Assembly: GCA_002393065.1 (NCBI GenBank)
Contig: DGGW01000085.1
Span: 1-49,205 of the forward strand
DNA length: 49,205 nucleotides
Direction of reading: 5' to 3'
DNA from: Alphaproteobacteria bacterium UBA3864
GTDB lineage: Bacteria > Pseudomonadota > Alphaproteobacteria > CAAGCB01 > CAG-977
In this document: positions 35,501-44,505 of the stretch, piece by piece
How positions within the stretch are numbered: the first letter of the stretch is position 1
How the letters are laid out: every line of letters starts with the position of its first letter
Made by a program: the position numbers and the translations under genes
Notes under the pieces: model-generated
What the model was told of the DNA's origin: nothing
Seen by the model: only the letters and a program-made list of their open reading frames with translations
Databases searched by the model: none

Positions 35501-37697
35501 CGATTTCCCCCGTTTCCTTTTCCGATACGGGCAGAGGGACGGTGGCGCTCGTTTCGCCGTTGGCGTCGGTCGCCGCTTTCCTGTCCAGCAGGACTTCGTC
35601 AACGGATTTGGGCGAGTGAAAGCGAAAACCGTCGTATTCGAACGGGATATGGGATAAAACGGCCGTCTGCCGGACGGGCGCCGCCGAAAACGCGCCGCCC
35701 GACTGCAGAGCCGCCGTCGAACGGAAAACCGTTTCTTTTCCGCCGATCAGGCGGCTGTCCGCGATTTCCGACGCGGCTTTGAACGGCAGAGCGGTGAAAT
35801 CGGATACCGAAACGGTCAGCGGCGTAAAAGACACGCCGTTCGCCGTCAGGGAAACGGCGTAATCGCCGGTCGGCGCCTTTTCGCCGATCGTAAAGCTGCC
35901 TTCGATCGTTCCGAACGGGGAAAGGGATACCTTTTTGCGTTCGGATACGGTTTGCCCTTCGGAATCGGTAACGGCCAGATCGTATTCCGAAACCGGCGCG
36001 CGCGAAAAATCGTCGCCGCGCACCCAGATTTTGTAATCGACCGTTTCCCCGCGGCGGTAAACGGTTTGCGGCGTTATGCCGAACGCGGCGGGACGCAGAC
36101 GGTCTTCGGGACCGTTCCAGCCCGTGACCTCGCCGTTATAATTTTTGAATTCGTAGCCGACGGGCATAACGGCGATATCGTCGCCTTTGCGAACGGTGAC
36201 GAACAATCGTTCCGCCGTGTTTCCCCAGGCCGACGTCCTTTCGTTTTTCGGATCGAGCGTTTTCAAACCGGCGAACGATGCCAGACCGTCGCCGTCCGTC
36301 CGCGCTTTGTCCAAAACGCCGTTGACGGCGGCGGGGTCGGCGATTTTGCGCAAACTGATTTCAATGTCGGCTTTTTTGACTGGTTTGCCCGTTTTCAGAT
36401 CGACCACCCAGATCAGACTGTTTTCGTATCCGAGCTTCACGACGACCTGCCACGGCGATACGACGGCGAAGAAGGGCTGGAGATAAGGCTTTTTCGGTTC
36501 CGTTTTGAATTTTCCGGCGATGAAGCCCGTTTTGCCGCCCGTCATCCGGCGTATCCCGTAATCGAAAGCGTAGGCTTTGTTGCGCACGTCGGGCAGCAGA
36601 TCCGCGATATCCTGCATCCCTTCCGGCGCCGCGTCGGCCGTGAGCCCTTTGTATTCGATGCCGAGAGAGGTCAGGTTTTGCGCGAATCCCGTCATGTCCG
36701 TGTCTTCGGCGGCTTCCAGAACGGCGGAATCGTAAGGCGTTTTAACGTCCGTATCCCGATCGGACACGACAACGTTCAGCACCGCGGAGCGATCAAGCGT
36801 GTTGCCCCAACGGTCCGTCAGGCCTTCTGCGACGGTTATCGTGTGTTCGCCGCTGTCCAAAGCGACGGGGATCAGGTCGGAAACGACGGGCGTGTTTTCG
36901 GCGCGGGTGACAAAACGGGACGCTTCGCCTTGGGGAACGTCGTCCGTCATTTTGATCCACATTCCGTATCCGTGGCGGCAGACGGCTTTTTCCGCGACGG
37001 GAAAAACGACGAATTCCTCGCCGTTGTAGCAACGGAATCCTTCAACGCCGATCGGCGGCAGGGTTTGTCCCCTGAAAACGGGCTTTCCTTTGTAAGACAA
37101 GGCGTACGGCGCGTTTTCCTTTAAATCCTGCGCCGCTTCGACAAAGACTTTGGCGGCGCAATTGTCTTCCCATGACGGGCATTTTTTAGCCGTAACAATG
37201 GCGTCCGTTCCGTCGAAATCGAAAAAAGCCCGTTGTTCGTCAGGAACGACGTCGTTTGAAAAAACGACCTGCCAAACGGGGCGGCGCGGATTGGCAAAAC
37301 GTTCGAAAGAGCTTTCCGCGACATTGATCGAAACGGAGGCCGTTCGGAATTCCTTATCGGCGGGGGACGTTTTTTTTCCGGCCTGCGTTTTGAAAGAGCC
37401 GACGGCGACGCGATAAACCGTGTCGGCCGAAAGCGGCTTTTCCTTATTCAGGAAACAAGCCAGATTTTTTTGGTCCAGCCAACGCCATTGGCATGAAACG
37501 TCCGGCGAAAAAACGACGGGGATGTCGTCCGCGTCGCGTCCCGTTCGCCCCAAACCGACCATTTCTTCGGAAAAGGTGAAAACCAGCTTGTCCGTTTTCA
37601 CCGTCGGCTTTTTTGGTGAAAGGACGAAAGAGTCCGCTTTCGCGGCGAATGAGAAAAACAAAACGGAAAATAAAAAAAGCGACGTTTTCTTTAACAT
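32529..37697 (-). CDS. Bacterial alpha-2-macroglobulin family protein (YfhM-like)
   Basis: 1722 aa with a signal peptide. The thioester-type motif GCWEQ has its CWEQ codons at 33795-33806. It is paired with pbpC as in the known yfhM-pbpC arrangement. Confidence 0.92.
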   Translation of the reverse strand: MLKKTSLFLFSVLFFSFAAKADSFVLSPKKPTVKTDKLVFTFSEEMVGLGRTGRDADDIPVVFSPDVSCQWRWLDQKNLACFLNKEKPLSADTVYRVAVGSFKTQAGKKTSPADKEFRTASVSINVAESSFERFANPRRPVWQVVFSNDVVPDEQRAFFDFDGTDAIVTAKKCPSWEDNCAAKVFVEAAQDLKENAPYALSYKGKPVFRGQTLPPIGVEGFRCYNGEEFVVFPVAEKAVCRHGYGMWIKMTDDVPQGEASRFVTRAENTPVVSDLIPVALDSGEHTITVAEGLTDRWGNTLDRSAVLNVVVSDRDTDVKTPYDSAVLEAAEDTDMTGFAQNLTSLGIEYKGLTADAAPEGMQDIADLLPDVRNKAYAFDYGIRRMTGGKTGFIAGKFKTEPKKPYLQPFFAVVSPWQVVVKLGYENSLIWVVDLKTGKPVKKADIEISLRKIADPAAVNGVLDKARTDGDGLASFAGLKTLDPKNERTSAWGNTAERLFVTVRKGDDIAVMPVGYEFKNYNGEVTGWNGPEDRLRPAAFGITPQTVYRRGETVDYKIWVRGDDFSRAPVSEYDLAVTDSEGQTVSERKKVSLSPFGTIEGSFTIGEKAPTGDYAVSLTANGVSFTPLTVSVSDFTALPFKAASEIADSRLIGGKETVFRSTAALQSGGAFSAAPVRQTAVLSHIPFEYDGFRFHSPKSVDEVLLDRKAATDANGETSATVPLPVSEKETGEIVFETRVFGDDGRFASAVKSVPYFAHDALVGVKPESFVVPAGQETKTAVVVVSPDKKTVAGKKTNVDILYNDHKLIREKAAGNAYILRYEQDPVPVAECTLTSADKPVYCPFTPDKAGSYTVRAKTGDSTAEASFYVEGPNYVAWASNDDDALTISGDKKSYAVGDTAVLMIENPFPKARLLLTVERNGVLKTVTKKVKDGTVKIKLKIDKDFFPGVYVSAKLFAPRVEKTKTSDRKAGKPDLGKPAEKTGYLKLPVSDPSKILPLTVSTEKTEYRPRQKAKIRISAPIRKPVEAAVIVLDEAMLSLLPNGIDTFDPIPALSGLKDLDLQTYSLIKQLIGRQNIEKKGANQGGDGGAGFAVRDLFKMVGYWNPSLLLDNNGKAEIEVPLPDNLTRWRVIVIASHINGRIGKAQTSFVVTQPLEMRALLPNHVRAGDVFAPAVSVLNRTEKPLEAVVSLGGIEQKETLVPFERKTVVFPMRTAEKAGKMAMMFTAEAGKEKDTLLSVLPVLPAQRVETAALYGQIGKKSLSVPLDAPENSLLTLTLSSSVESAMIQAVQAMKTYPFGCWEQRISRAWTALSAAGEWPDSDAFIKKTLSEAESFQTSNGGMAYFTDIDGLESPYLSAYTSFVFTAMKNKGFDLPRETTKKLGKYLLDIFNGRIKTSAATTVRALSVPFLIENGLIKDSDLDALRREKDKMSVFDKAVLYPYLKTDPAENAEISTGSVFLSEQKGQEYDILPSEAKSNCAALYALPENAALTRGVLALRGKDGTWRTTHANAFCLAALRRRIDTVENGGSADISVKIGDDVLSETTVAKTPVSVSRRFDKAENTTLSFERKGKGKPYWTAALTYPATATESVNAGFEVSRSFAVEQDGRFVETKTFKRGQIVRVTLTLTVPSFKSFVALSDPMAGVLEPISKGLADDSAFYHADVTHESADFFAESLKAGTYEVFYDAQVTADGEFIAPPARAEEMYQPAVFGSSATDRLTVRP

Positions 37698-37831
37698 GAA
37701 TAAAGCCCCTCCCGCTGTCGTCGGGATAAATCATATAAGATAAGCCGCGAAAACAAAAGCGGAAAAGCGTTGCCTTTGAGGCGGCCTTCCGATAATGTCA
37801 CGGCAAAAGGACAACAAGGAAAGAGGTTGTT

Positions 37832-38902
37832 ATGCGCGTCCTGGTCGGAATGAGCGGCGGTGTCGATTCTTCGGTCGCGGCGTATTTGCTGAAAAAATCG
37901 GGGCACGACGTCGTCGGGGCTACGATGTCGATTTGGGAAAAAGGGCGTCCGTTCGGAACGGCGACGACGGCCGACGCCTGTTTCAGCCCGCACGAGGAAC
38001 AGGATGTCGAAGCCGCCCGCGCCGTGTGCGCTTTGCTGGATATTCCGTATCAAACGGTCGATTGCGCCGCCGTTTACAAGGAAACGGTTCTGGAAAACTT
38101 CCGCAGCGAATATCTGTCCGGACGCACGCCGAACCCGTGCGTGTGGTGCAACGCGAAGATCAAATTCAAAGCTTTGCCCGAAGCCGCCCGCCGTCAGGGG
38201 ATATCCTTCGACAAATTCGCGACGGGACACTACGCCCGCCTGATTGAAAAAGACGGGGCTTTCCGGTTGTATCGGGGCGTTGACGCCAAAAAGGACCAGT
38301 CGTACTTCTTGTATCGTTTGAGCGCGGAACAGCGCGCGTCGGTGTTGTTTCCCCTCGGCAACAAAACGAAGGACGAGATCCGCGCCATCGCGCGCGAAGC
38401 CGGCATTCCCGTTTCCGACAAGCCCGACAGTCAGGATTTCTATTCGGGCGACATCGCCGATTTGCTGGAAACGGAACCGACCCCCGGCAATTTTGTAACG
38501 AAGGACGGCAAAGTTCTCGGACGCCACAAAGGGCTTTGGCACTATACGATCGGACAGCGCAAAGGCCTGGGCATCGCCGCCGAAAAGCCGCTGTACGTCC
38601 TCGGTTTCAACAAGGATCGCAACGAAGTCGTTTTGGGCTTTGAGGATGAAAACGTCCGCCATTCCCTGACGGCGTCGCAGGCGGTTTGGTCGTCGGCCGA
38701 AGCGCCGTCGGAACCGTTCGAGGCCCTGGCGCGAATCCGTTCGACGCAAGCTCCGACGCCCGTTCGGGTCGTTCCGTCGGGCGCGGAAAGCTTCGGCGTC
38801 GAATTTGAAAAGACGCAACGCGGAATCGCACCGGGGCAATCCGTCGTTTTGTACGACGGCGACCTCGTCCTCGGCGGCGGAATCATCGACGCGTCGCGCT
38901 GA
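37832..38902 (+). CDS. mnmA: tRNA 2-thiouridine(34) synthase
   Basis: 356 aa. Has the VGMSGGVDSSVAA PP-loop, NPCVWCN and GHYAR. Confidence 0.92.
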   Translation: MRVLVGMSGGVDSSVAAYLLKKSGHDVVGATMSIWEKGRPFGTATTADACFSPHEEQDVEAARAVCALLDIPYQTVDCAAVYKETVLENFRSEYLSGRTPNPCVWCNAKIKFKALPEAARRQGISFDKFATGHYARLIEKDGAFRLYRGVDAKKDQSYFLYRLSAEQRASVLFPLGNKTKDEIRAIAREAGIPVSDKPDSQDFYSGDIADLLETEPTPGNFVTKDGKVLGRHKGLWHYTIGQRKGLGIAAEKPLYVLGFNKDRNEVVLGFEDENVRHSLTASQAVWSSAEAPSEPFEALARIRSTQAPTPVRVVPSGAESFGVEFEKTQRGIAPGQSVVLYDGDLVLGGGIIDASR

Positions 38903-38908
38903 CGGTCG

Positions 38909-39259
38909 TCAGACGGGCAGCTTTTTTCCCGCCAGAATATGAACGTGCAGATGCGGAACTTCCTGTCCGCCGTTTTTGCCGACGTTGACGACCAGCCTGT
39001 ATCCGTCTTCCGTTACGCCCAACTGTTCGGCGACGGCGCGGACGGCTTTGAAAAATCCCGTGATTTCGGCATCGCTCGCGCGTGTCTGGAAATCGGTGAA
39101 GTTGACGTATTCGCCTTTCGGAATGACCAAAACGTGGACGGGCGCTTTCGGATGCAGATCGGGGAAAGCGATCGCGAAATCGTCGTCGTATATCTTGTTC
39201 GTCGGGATTTCGCCGCGCAAAATCTTCGCAAAGACGTTGTTTTTATCGTAAGCGGTCAT
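38909..39259 (-). CDS. HIT (histidine triad) family protein
   Basis: 116 aa with a C-terminal HLHVHIL motif. Confidence 0.9.
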   Translation of the reverse strand: MTAYDKNNVFAKILRGEIPTNKIYDDDFAIAFPDLHPKAPVHVLVIPKGEYVNFTDFQTRASDAEITGFFKAVRAVAEQLGVTEDGYRLVVNVGKNGGQEVPHLHVHILAGKKLPV

Positions 39260-39340
39260 TTTTCAAGCCTCCTTTAAACATTTTTAATGTTTTTAAGATT
39301 ATATAAAGTGACGATATAAATATACGGGTATCTGACGAAA

Positions 39341-41281
39341 ATGAAACGCTTTTTATGGTTGATCGCGATTTTTTACCTTTTTCAGACGCCCTGCACGGCG
39401 TTCGGCGCCTCCGCGACCGGCGGATTGGCGACGGAGCTGTTTACGTACGATCCGAAGCTTGCGCCGATCAAGCTCGAATACGTCGATTTCAAGATCGACC
39501 GCAACAGAACCGCTGAAAAGTGGGGCGAAAACATCGGTAAATACAATTTCAAACTGTTCGGATGCCGCCGTTCCGACAAAAAGCTCATGCTCGACCAGGG
39601 GCGCGCCATGCGCCGCGACATGAAGTTCGGCAACGTCTTTTTCGAAGAAATGAACGAACTTTTCCCCGTCGTCGTGTCCAAGGACAACCCGTATTTCCCG
39701 TATTCGATCGGCGACGTTCCCCCCGGTTATCTGATCACCGCGGAAATCAAAGATTTGTTCGTCAACGTCTGCGACCATTACGATTGGCGGACGCGGACGT
39801 ATTCGCAGCTGCGCAGCGGTTCGGCCGAAATCAAAGTCCTTTGGCGCGTCATCACGCCCTATAACAGAAAGCTGTACTGGGAAGACACGACGTACGGCTA
39901 TGCCGATCTGCAGGATCCGGTCCGCGACGGTGAAGTGAAACTGGTCGAAAAAGCGTTTGCGGACGCTCTCGTCCGTTTGGTCGGCATGCCCGGCTTCGTC
40001 GAAGTTTTGCGTCATAAGCCGGATACGAAGATGCTTGCCGACGCCAAAACCGAATACGACAATCTGGAATATCAGCATATCATCAACCGTCGGAAACTGA
40101 TGTCTTCCTATCGCCGCGAAAGAATGAAGTTCGGCTTTGAACGCATCCGTCAGCGGGAATTGGACGTTTTGGAACGTTTGGCGCCGTCCGAATACGATAT
40201 GGAAGACGGACTGAAGAACGGTTTGGGCAAAGTCCGCGGTTTGGGCCGCCTTGAAAACGCGGATGGCGACGGAACGGAACTGCAGGGTCTGGCTTCGGCC
40301 GACGGGGAAAAAGGTTCGGAAAGCAATGACGCGTCCGGCAAAGGCGACATCGCGCGCGCTTTGGACGACGCCGCGTCGGGGACGCTGACCGTCGGACGCA
40401 TCGAAAAAGACGGCGTCGAAGGCATTTTGGGCAAGCTTTTGACCGATAATCTGGAATACGGCCAGATGGGAAAAGTCATCAAAGTCAATCCGTTGTTGAG
40501 CATTTTCGACGGCTTCATGCTGCCCGACAATATGGACAATGATACGAAACAGGCCATTTTGAACGGCGATTCGCGGCTGGGCTTCGTCGTTTCGCCGATC
40601 GACGGCTGGATCACGATCAACAACCAGAAGCCGTTTCGTTTCTTGTCGCCGACCCGTTTGTACCGCGTTCGCGCCAGCGTCGTCGCCGTGTCGTCCGATG
40701 CCACGGATACTGTCGGCGCCGGATTCGTCATCGCGCCGTCGCTCGTTCTGGCGAACTATTCCACGGTGCAGGGCGTCGCGTATCCGCGGATCGAATTTTT
40801 GGACGGACGCGTTTTCCCGGCCATGGTCTTGCGCAACAGTCCCGAAAAGGACGCGTCGCTCCTGTATATGCCGCCCGTTACGTTTTCACGGCTGACGTGG
40901 CCCGTCCCTCTTCGTCTTGATTTGCCGAGCGTCGGCGAATCCTTCTACGCCGTCGGAACGCCGATGAAGGGCGGATTCGAAGGCGCGTTGGAGGAAGGAA
41001 AAGTCGCCGGATACCGGTTTACGGACAACGGCGTCGAAATCCTGACAAACACGAACGTGCAAAGCGTGACTCTCGGCGGTATTCTGGTTGACGGACACGG
41101 CAACGCCGTCGGCTTCGCCCATGCCGGCGAAAGTCTGGTGGAAAAACGCCGCGACGGTTTCATTCCGATCGGCGACGCTTTCGACGCGCTGAAAGTCCGC
41201 GTCCGTGACCGCGATATGGACGAAACGCCGTATCAGAAAGCGTTGCGCCTGAAAAAAATGCGCGAAAACCACATTAAATAA
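39341..41281 (+). CDS. Secreted protein with a C-terminal trypsin-like (S1/Trypsin_2) fold lacking catalytic His and Ser
   Basis: 646 aa with a signal peptide. The C-terminal GAGFVIAPSLVLANYSTV (expected TNxHVV) and SVTLGGILVDGHGNAVGF (expected GNSGGP) keep the fold signature. His is replaced by Ser and the nucleophile Ser by Leu in my alignment. Confidence 0.65.
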   Translation: MKRFLWLIAIFYLFQTPCTAFGASATGGLATELFTYDPKLAPIKLEYVDFKIDRNRTAEKWGENIGKYNFKLFGCRRSDKKLMLDQGRAMRRDMKFGNVFFEEMNELFPVVVSKDNPYFPYSIGDVPPGYLITAEIKDLFVNVCDHYDWRTRTYSQLRSGSAEIKVLWRVITPYNRKLYWEDTTYGYADLQDPVRDGEVKLVEKAFADALVRLVGMPGFVEVLRHKPDTKMLADAKTEYDNLEYQHIINRRKLMSSYRRERMKFGFERIRQRELDVLERLAPSEYDMEDGLKNGLGKVRGLGRLENADGDGTELQGLASADGEKGSESNDASGKGDIARALDDAASGTLTVGRIEKDGVEGILGKLLTDNLEYGQMGKVIKVNPLLSIFDGFMLPDNMDNDTKQAILNGDSRLGFVVSPIDGWITINNQKPFRFLSPTRLYRVRASVVAVSSDATDTVGAGFVIAPSLVLANYSTVQGVAYPRIEFLDGRVFPAMVLRNSPEKDASLLYMPPVTFSRLTWPVPLRLDLPSVGESFYAVGTPMKGGFEGALEEGKVAGYRFTDNGVEILTNTNVQSVTLGGILVDGHGNAVGFAHAGESLVEKRRDGFIPIGDAFDALKVRVRDRDMDETPYQKALRLKKMRENHIK

Positions 41282-41361
41282 AACCGAATCTTCCGGTTTC
41301 GGCTGTTCCGGCGCACGAATGTCGGGCGGAGGTGAAAACGCGCGACGCGAAAGCGGGAGGA

Positions 41362-41913
41362 TCAGCCGCCGAACCGAAGAGCGTTCCCCATATCCAGAAC
41401 GGGCATGCCGGCCGGCGCGGAAAATTCGGAATCCGGAAGGGACGTTTCCCTGATGTTCGTGATCGTCATCACGGTTCCGCCCGTTTCGGCGTAAATCGGC
41501 AGAACGTAGCGTTCGTGGATGCAGACTTTTTCGTCCTGCTTGACGATCATGCGGCAAGGCTGTCCGGCGACGGTCGTTTCTTCGCCCAGAGTGTAGCCGT
41601 TCCCGTCGGGCAATTCGACCATGTTGCCGATATCGTTGTTTCTTATGGCCGTTCCCATCATCAGGATAACGACTTCTTTGCCGTTGAAAAAAACGGTCGT
41701 GTCGAGGCCGTTGATTTTGCCGGTCATTTTCCATTTTTCGCCTTTGATGGCGCCGTTGTAAACCAGCGCGCCGCCGGCGGATTTTACGGTCATCGTAAAC
41801 GTCAGGGACGACGACGGGCGGGCTTTTTGAAGGCGGGAAACGAACTCTTCGGCGGTTTCGGCGCGGGCGGCGAACGGCGACAGCAAAGCCAGTAAAAGAA
41901 GCGTTTTGATCAT
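41362..41913 (-). CDS. Secreted protein, possibly LolA-fold/lipoprotein-sorting-like
   Basis: 183 aa, signal peptide MIKTLLLLALLSPFAARA, beta-rich. The stop of the upstream regulator overlaps its start. The fold call is tentative. Confidence 0.4.
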   Translation of the reverse strand: MIKTLLLLALLSPFAARAETAEEFVSRLQKARPSSSLTFTMTVKSAGGALVYNGAIKGEKWKMTGKINGLDTTVFFNGKEVVILMMGTAIRNNDIGNMVELPDGNGYTLGEETTVAGQPCRMIVKQDEKVCIHERYVLPIYAETGGTVMTITNIRETSLPDSEFSAPAGMPVLDMGNALRFGG

Positions 41914-42545
41914 GATGACTTTCCTTCGATAATCAGGCGATATCCTTCTTCGGCGTCGGCGACGAAGGACAATCCCGTGTTTTCAAGTTTTTGACGAAGT
42001 CTGTAAATGTGAGTTTCCAACGTGTGCGTCGCGACGGCGTCGTTGTATCCCCAAACGTCGCGCAGCAGCGTTTCTTTCGGAACGGGGCCGTCGGCGCGGC
42101 GCAACAGGTCGAGCAAAGAGGATTCTTTGTCCGTCAGGGCGACGGTCCCTTGTTCGAACGTCAGCGTTTTTTTGCGCGGGTTGAACTTTGTCCGTCCGAT
42201 GAAAACGGCGGCGTCGTCGCTTTGTTCGAAACGGGAAACGGCTCCGATCAGGGCGCCGATGAAAGCGGGCGGACCGAACGGCTTGACAAAGACAACGGCT
42301 TCTTCATCCGTGCGCGGAACGGCTGACAGGATGAAAACCGGCACGCGCGGCGCAATTTCCGACGCGCGGCGGCACTGCTCCGGCGAGGGTTCGTCCAGAA
42401 CAAGGGCGGAAACATCGCTCGCATCCGAAACTTCGTCGATCGAATCCGTTTCGACGATGTCCTGCGCGATTCCCGCGTCGGTCAGGGCGCGGACCAGCGC
42501 TTTTCGCGGAAAAACGTCTGTCGAACAAATCAGAATCCGGCTCAT
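41910..42545 (-). CDS. OmpR/PhoB-type winged-helix regulator with an atypical receiver domain
   Basis: 211 aa. The C-terminal LTDKESSLLDLL...RDVWGY......THTLETHIYRLRQKL is the OmpR wHTH. The receiver keeps Asp (LVLDEP), Ser and KP but has STD instead of the acidic DD pair. No kinase gene is adjacent. Confidence 0.75.
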   Translation of the reverse strand: MSRILICSTDVFPRKALVRALTDAGIAQDIVETDSIDEVSDASDVSALVLDEPSPEQCRRASEIAPRVPVFILSAVPRTDEEAVVFVKPFGPPAFIGALIGAVSRFEQSDDAAVFIGRTKFNPRKKTLTFEQGTVALTDKESSLLDLLRRADGPVPKETLLRDVWGYNDAVATHTLETHIYRLRQKLENTGLSFVADAEEGYRLIIEGKSS

Positions 42546-42654
42546 GAAAGGAACTCCTTTGACGGCAAAGTGTAAAACGACGGCATTTCTTTTTCAAACA
42601 AAATACTTGGCACGGGTCTTGCATCTGTATTTTCAACAACAAAAGGAGGCTGCC

Positions 42655-43410
42655 ATGTATGAGATTCGCTTCAATGTCGACACATCCGTCTGGCAGGACG
42701 GAATCACGTTCAAAACGGAACCGTCCGTCGGGGAAAAACCTTCGTTCGCGGCGGAATTGGTCGCACCGCTGACCGTTGCGGACAAGCCGGAAAAAATCAA
42801 AGCCGTTCCCGTCCCCGCCGTTAAAATAAAACCCCTCCGGCCGTTAAAAGTTTCCGAACTGCAGGAATTGCCCGTTCTGGAACAACTGCCGACGGCCGAA
42901 TCGGCTTCCGTTCCCGCAAAGGCCGAAGTTTCGGCGGCGGTGAAGCCCGGCGAACGTTTCGAACGGGAACTGCAGAAAGCGGGATTGCTGACGGGATCGC
43001 CGTACAATATGTCGGCAAAACGTGCCGAAGAACGGGAACGCCATCTGGCTGCCCGTGCCGTTTCGGATCATCCGTTGAAAGGCGTGACAGACGAACAGGT
43101 CTTCCCGTTGGACAAAGCGGCGCGTTTCACGGCGGCGACGGTGAAAACGCCCTATGTCCCGCAGGCGGAGCAAAAGGCGAAACGCGAACAAAAGCTGACG
43201 CCCGCCGACGTTTCGGCGATCACGGCGTCCGTCGGAAAACCGGACGGCTATCCGCGCGAAAACATCCCGTCGTTCAGCAACGCGCAAACATCGGCGGCCG
43301 CGTCATGGTTTCCCGAAGCGATGACGCGCCAGCTGGATAAATACGAAGCGATGAAAAAGGTTCAGGCCGCCGAAGCGTCCGCCGCGCGTTCCGCCGACTT
43401 AAGCGTGTGA
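42655..43410 (+). CDS. Hypothetical Ala/Pro/Lys-rich protein
   Basis: ATG 42655 is preceded by an AAAGGAGG RBS and gives 251 aa. The upstream part of track ORF 42022-43410 is antisense to the regulator gene and is discounted. Confidence 0.5.
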   Translation: MYEIRFNVDTSVWQDGITFKTEPSVGEKPSFAAELVAPLTVADKPEKIKAVPVPAVKIKPLRPLKVSELQELPVLEQLPTAESASVPAKAEVSAAVKPGERFERELQKAGLLTGSPYNMSAKRAEERERHLAARAVSDHPLKGVTDEQVFPLDKAARFTAATVKTPYVPQAEQKAKREQKLTPADVSAITASVGKPDGYPRENIPSFSNAQTSAAASWFPEAMTRQLDKYEAMKKVQAAEASAARSADLSV

Positions 43411-44051
43411 TACTGCCAAAGCGCGTAAATCGCCAGAACGGGCAGGCAGGTTTCCATCGTTTCTTCGACGACTTTGCACGCCGTATACCATTCGAGGTCG
43501 AGCAGCACGCCCCATTTGCGCAGGTTTCCGGGGACGCGGTCGACGACTTTGGAAACGAATCCGTCCGCTAAAAAGGTCATTATGCTCCAATACAGCGGGT
43601 TCATTTTGAAAAAGCCCCTGAAAACGCCGGGCAACGTTATCCAAAGCGTGTAAACGAAAACGGCGGCGAAAGACAGGATGATCAGGCCGGACAGGATCTT
43701 TTCGCCGATCGGATTGTCGGGATTGGTGAAGAAACGAAGCTTCATCGCGGTCGTGTCGCGGCTGGCGAGCCAATGCTGGATGCCGGCTTCGCGCAAAACG
43801 GCGGCGACGGTGAAAAAGCAGAAAAGCGCGTGCAGGCGTTTCGCTTTTTTATCCGCGAAGTCTTTTCTGAAAACGATCAGGGAAACAAGCAGGACACCGT
43901 AAAAGAAAAAAGTGGCGATGTCGTTCGGACCGCCGTCTTTTAAAAATTCCGTGCAATCGCCGTTGTATCCGAACGTGTTGATCAAAAACGCCGCCGCGAT
44001 GAAACCGACGACGATAAGGGGGGCGATCAGACATTGTTTCAAATTTTTCAT
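43362..44051 (-). CDS. Polytopic membrane protein, unknown function
   Basis: About 229 aa from ATG 44051, with several hydrophobic segments. Its 3' end overlaps the convergent gene by 49 nt. Confidence 0.6.
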   Translation of the reverse strand: MKNLKQCLIAPLIVVGFIAAAFLINTFGYNGDCTEFLKDGGPNDIATFFFYGVLLVSLIVFRKDFADKKAKRLHALFCFFTVAAVLREAGIQHWLASRDTTAMKLRFFTNPDNPIGEKILSGLIILSFAAVFVYTLWITLPGVFRGFFKMNPLYWSIMTFLADGFVSKVVDRVPGNLRKWGVLLDLEWYTACKVVEETMETCLPVLAIYALWQYHTLKSAERAADASAA

Positions 44052-44083
44052 AACAGACCTCTGCGGAAACAAAAACAACGAAA

Positions 44084-44105
44084 AAGCCCCTGAGTCAGGG
44101 GCTTT
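44084..44105 (-). terminator. Intrinsic terminator after the ferredoxin gene (aagcccctga-gt-caggggctt + U-rich tail on the - strand)
   Basis: GC-rich hairpin 21 nt downstream of the ferredoxin stop, followed on the - strand by tttttcgttgttttt. Confidence 0.6.
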
Positions 44106-44126
44106 CGTTACCGTTAAAGCCGGAAA

Positions 44127-44345
44127 TCACTTCGCGTTTTCGGCGTTGAACTTGATCCATTTTTCGTCAGCGTCGGCGTCGTTGGCGATCGCGCCGTTCG
44201 GGCATTCGGAAATGCAGACGCCGCAATCGATGCAGGTGTCGGGGTTGACGACGACCTGCGTTTCGGCTTCGCTGATCGCGCCGACGGGGCAAACATCAAT
44301 GCAGGTCAGGCATTTGACACAAGAATCGTTAACAACTGAAGGCAT
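44127..44345 (-). CDS. 2x[4Fe-4S] ferredoxin
   Basis: 72 aa with two CxxCxxCxxxCP motifs (CVKCLTCIDVCP, CIDCGVCISECP). Confidence 0.9.
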   Translation of the reverse strand: MPSVVNDSCVKCLTCIDVCPVGAISEAETQVVVNPDTCIDCGVCISECPNGAIANDADADEKWIKFNAENAK

Positions 44346-44505
44346 GGTAAAACTCCTAAAAAAAATAGAGATGACACGAAAAAATATAAACGATTTTTGC
44401 GGATTTTCAACAGTTAATCACCGAACGGCTCATTTTTCGGTCTTTGACGGATTTACATTCGGACAAGACAAAGCTATTCTCGAAAAAAACGGGAGGGATG
44501 CGGGG

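Noticed and set aside
32580-37124. Long + strand ORFs (32580-33275, 33315-35066 at 583 aa, 35952-37124 at 390 aa) opposite the alpha-2-macroglobulin gene
   Set aside because: These are shadow ORFs antisense to a confidently identified 1722-aa gene. The translations are Arg/Gly/Phe-rich low-complexity sequence with no motifs, as is typical for the reverse frame of GC-rich coding DNA.
37691-38839. 382-aa minus-strand ORF overlapping mnmA
   Set aside because: It is antisense to a clear MnmA sequence. It has an Arg-rich, nonsense-like composition and no RBS or motif support.
43362-43410. 49-nt convergent overlap of the 3' ends of genes 42655-43410 and 43362-44051, considered as a possible antisense regulatory feature
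   Set aside because: Both tails are Ala-rich mirror translations of the same GC-rich stretch, so one C-terminus may simply be a fortuitous extension. No further structure supports a specific mechanism.
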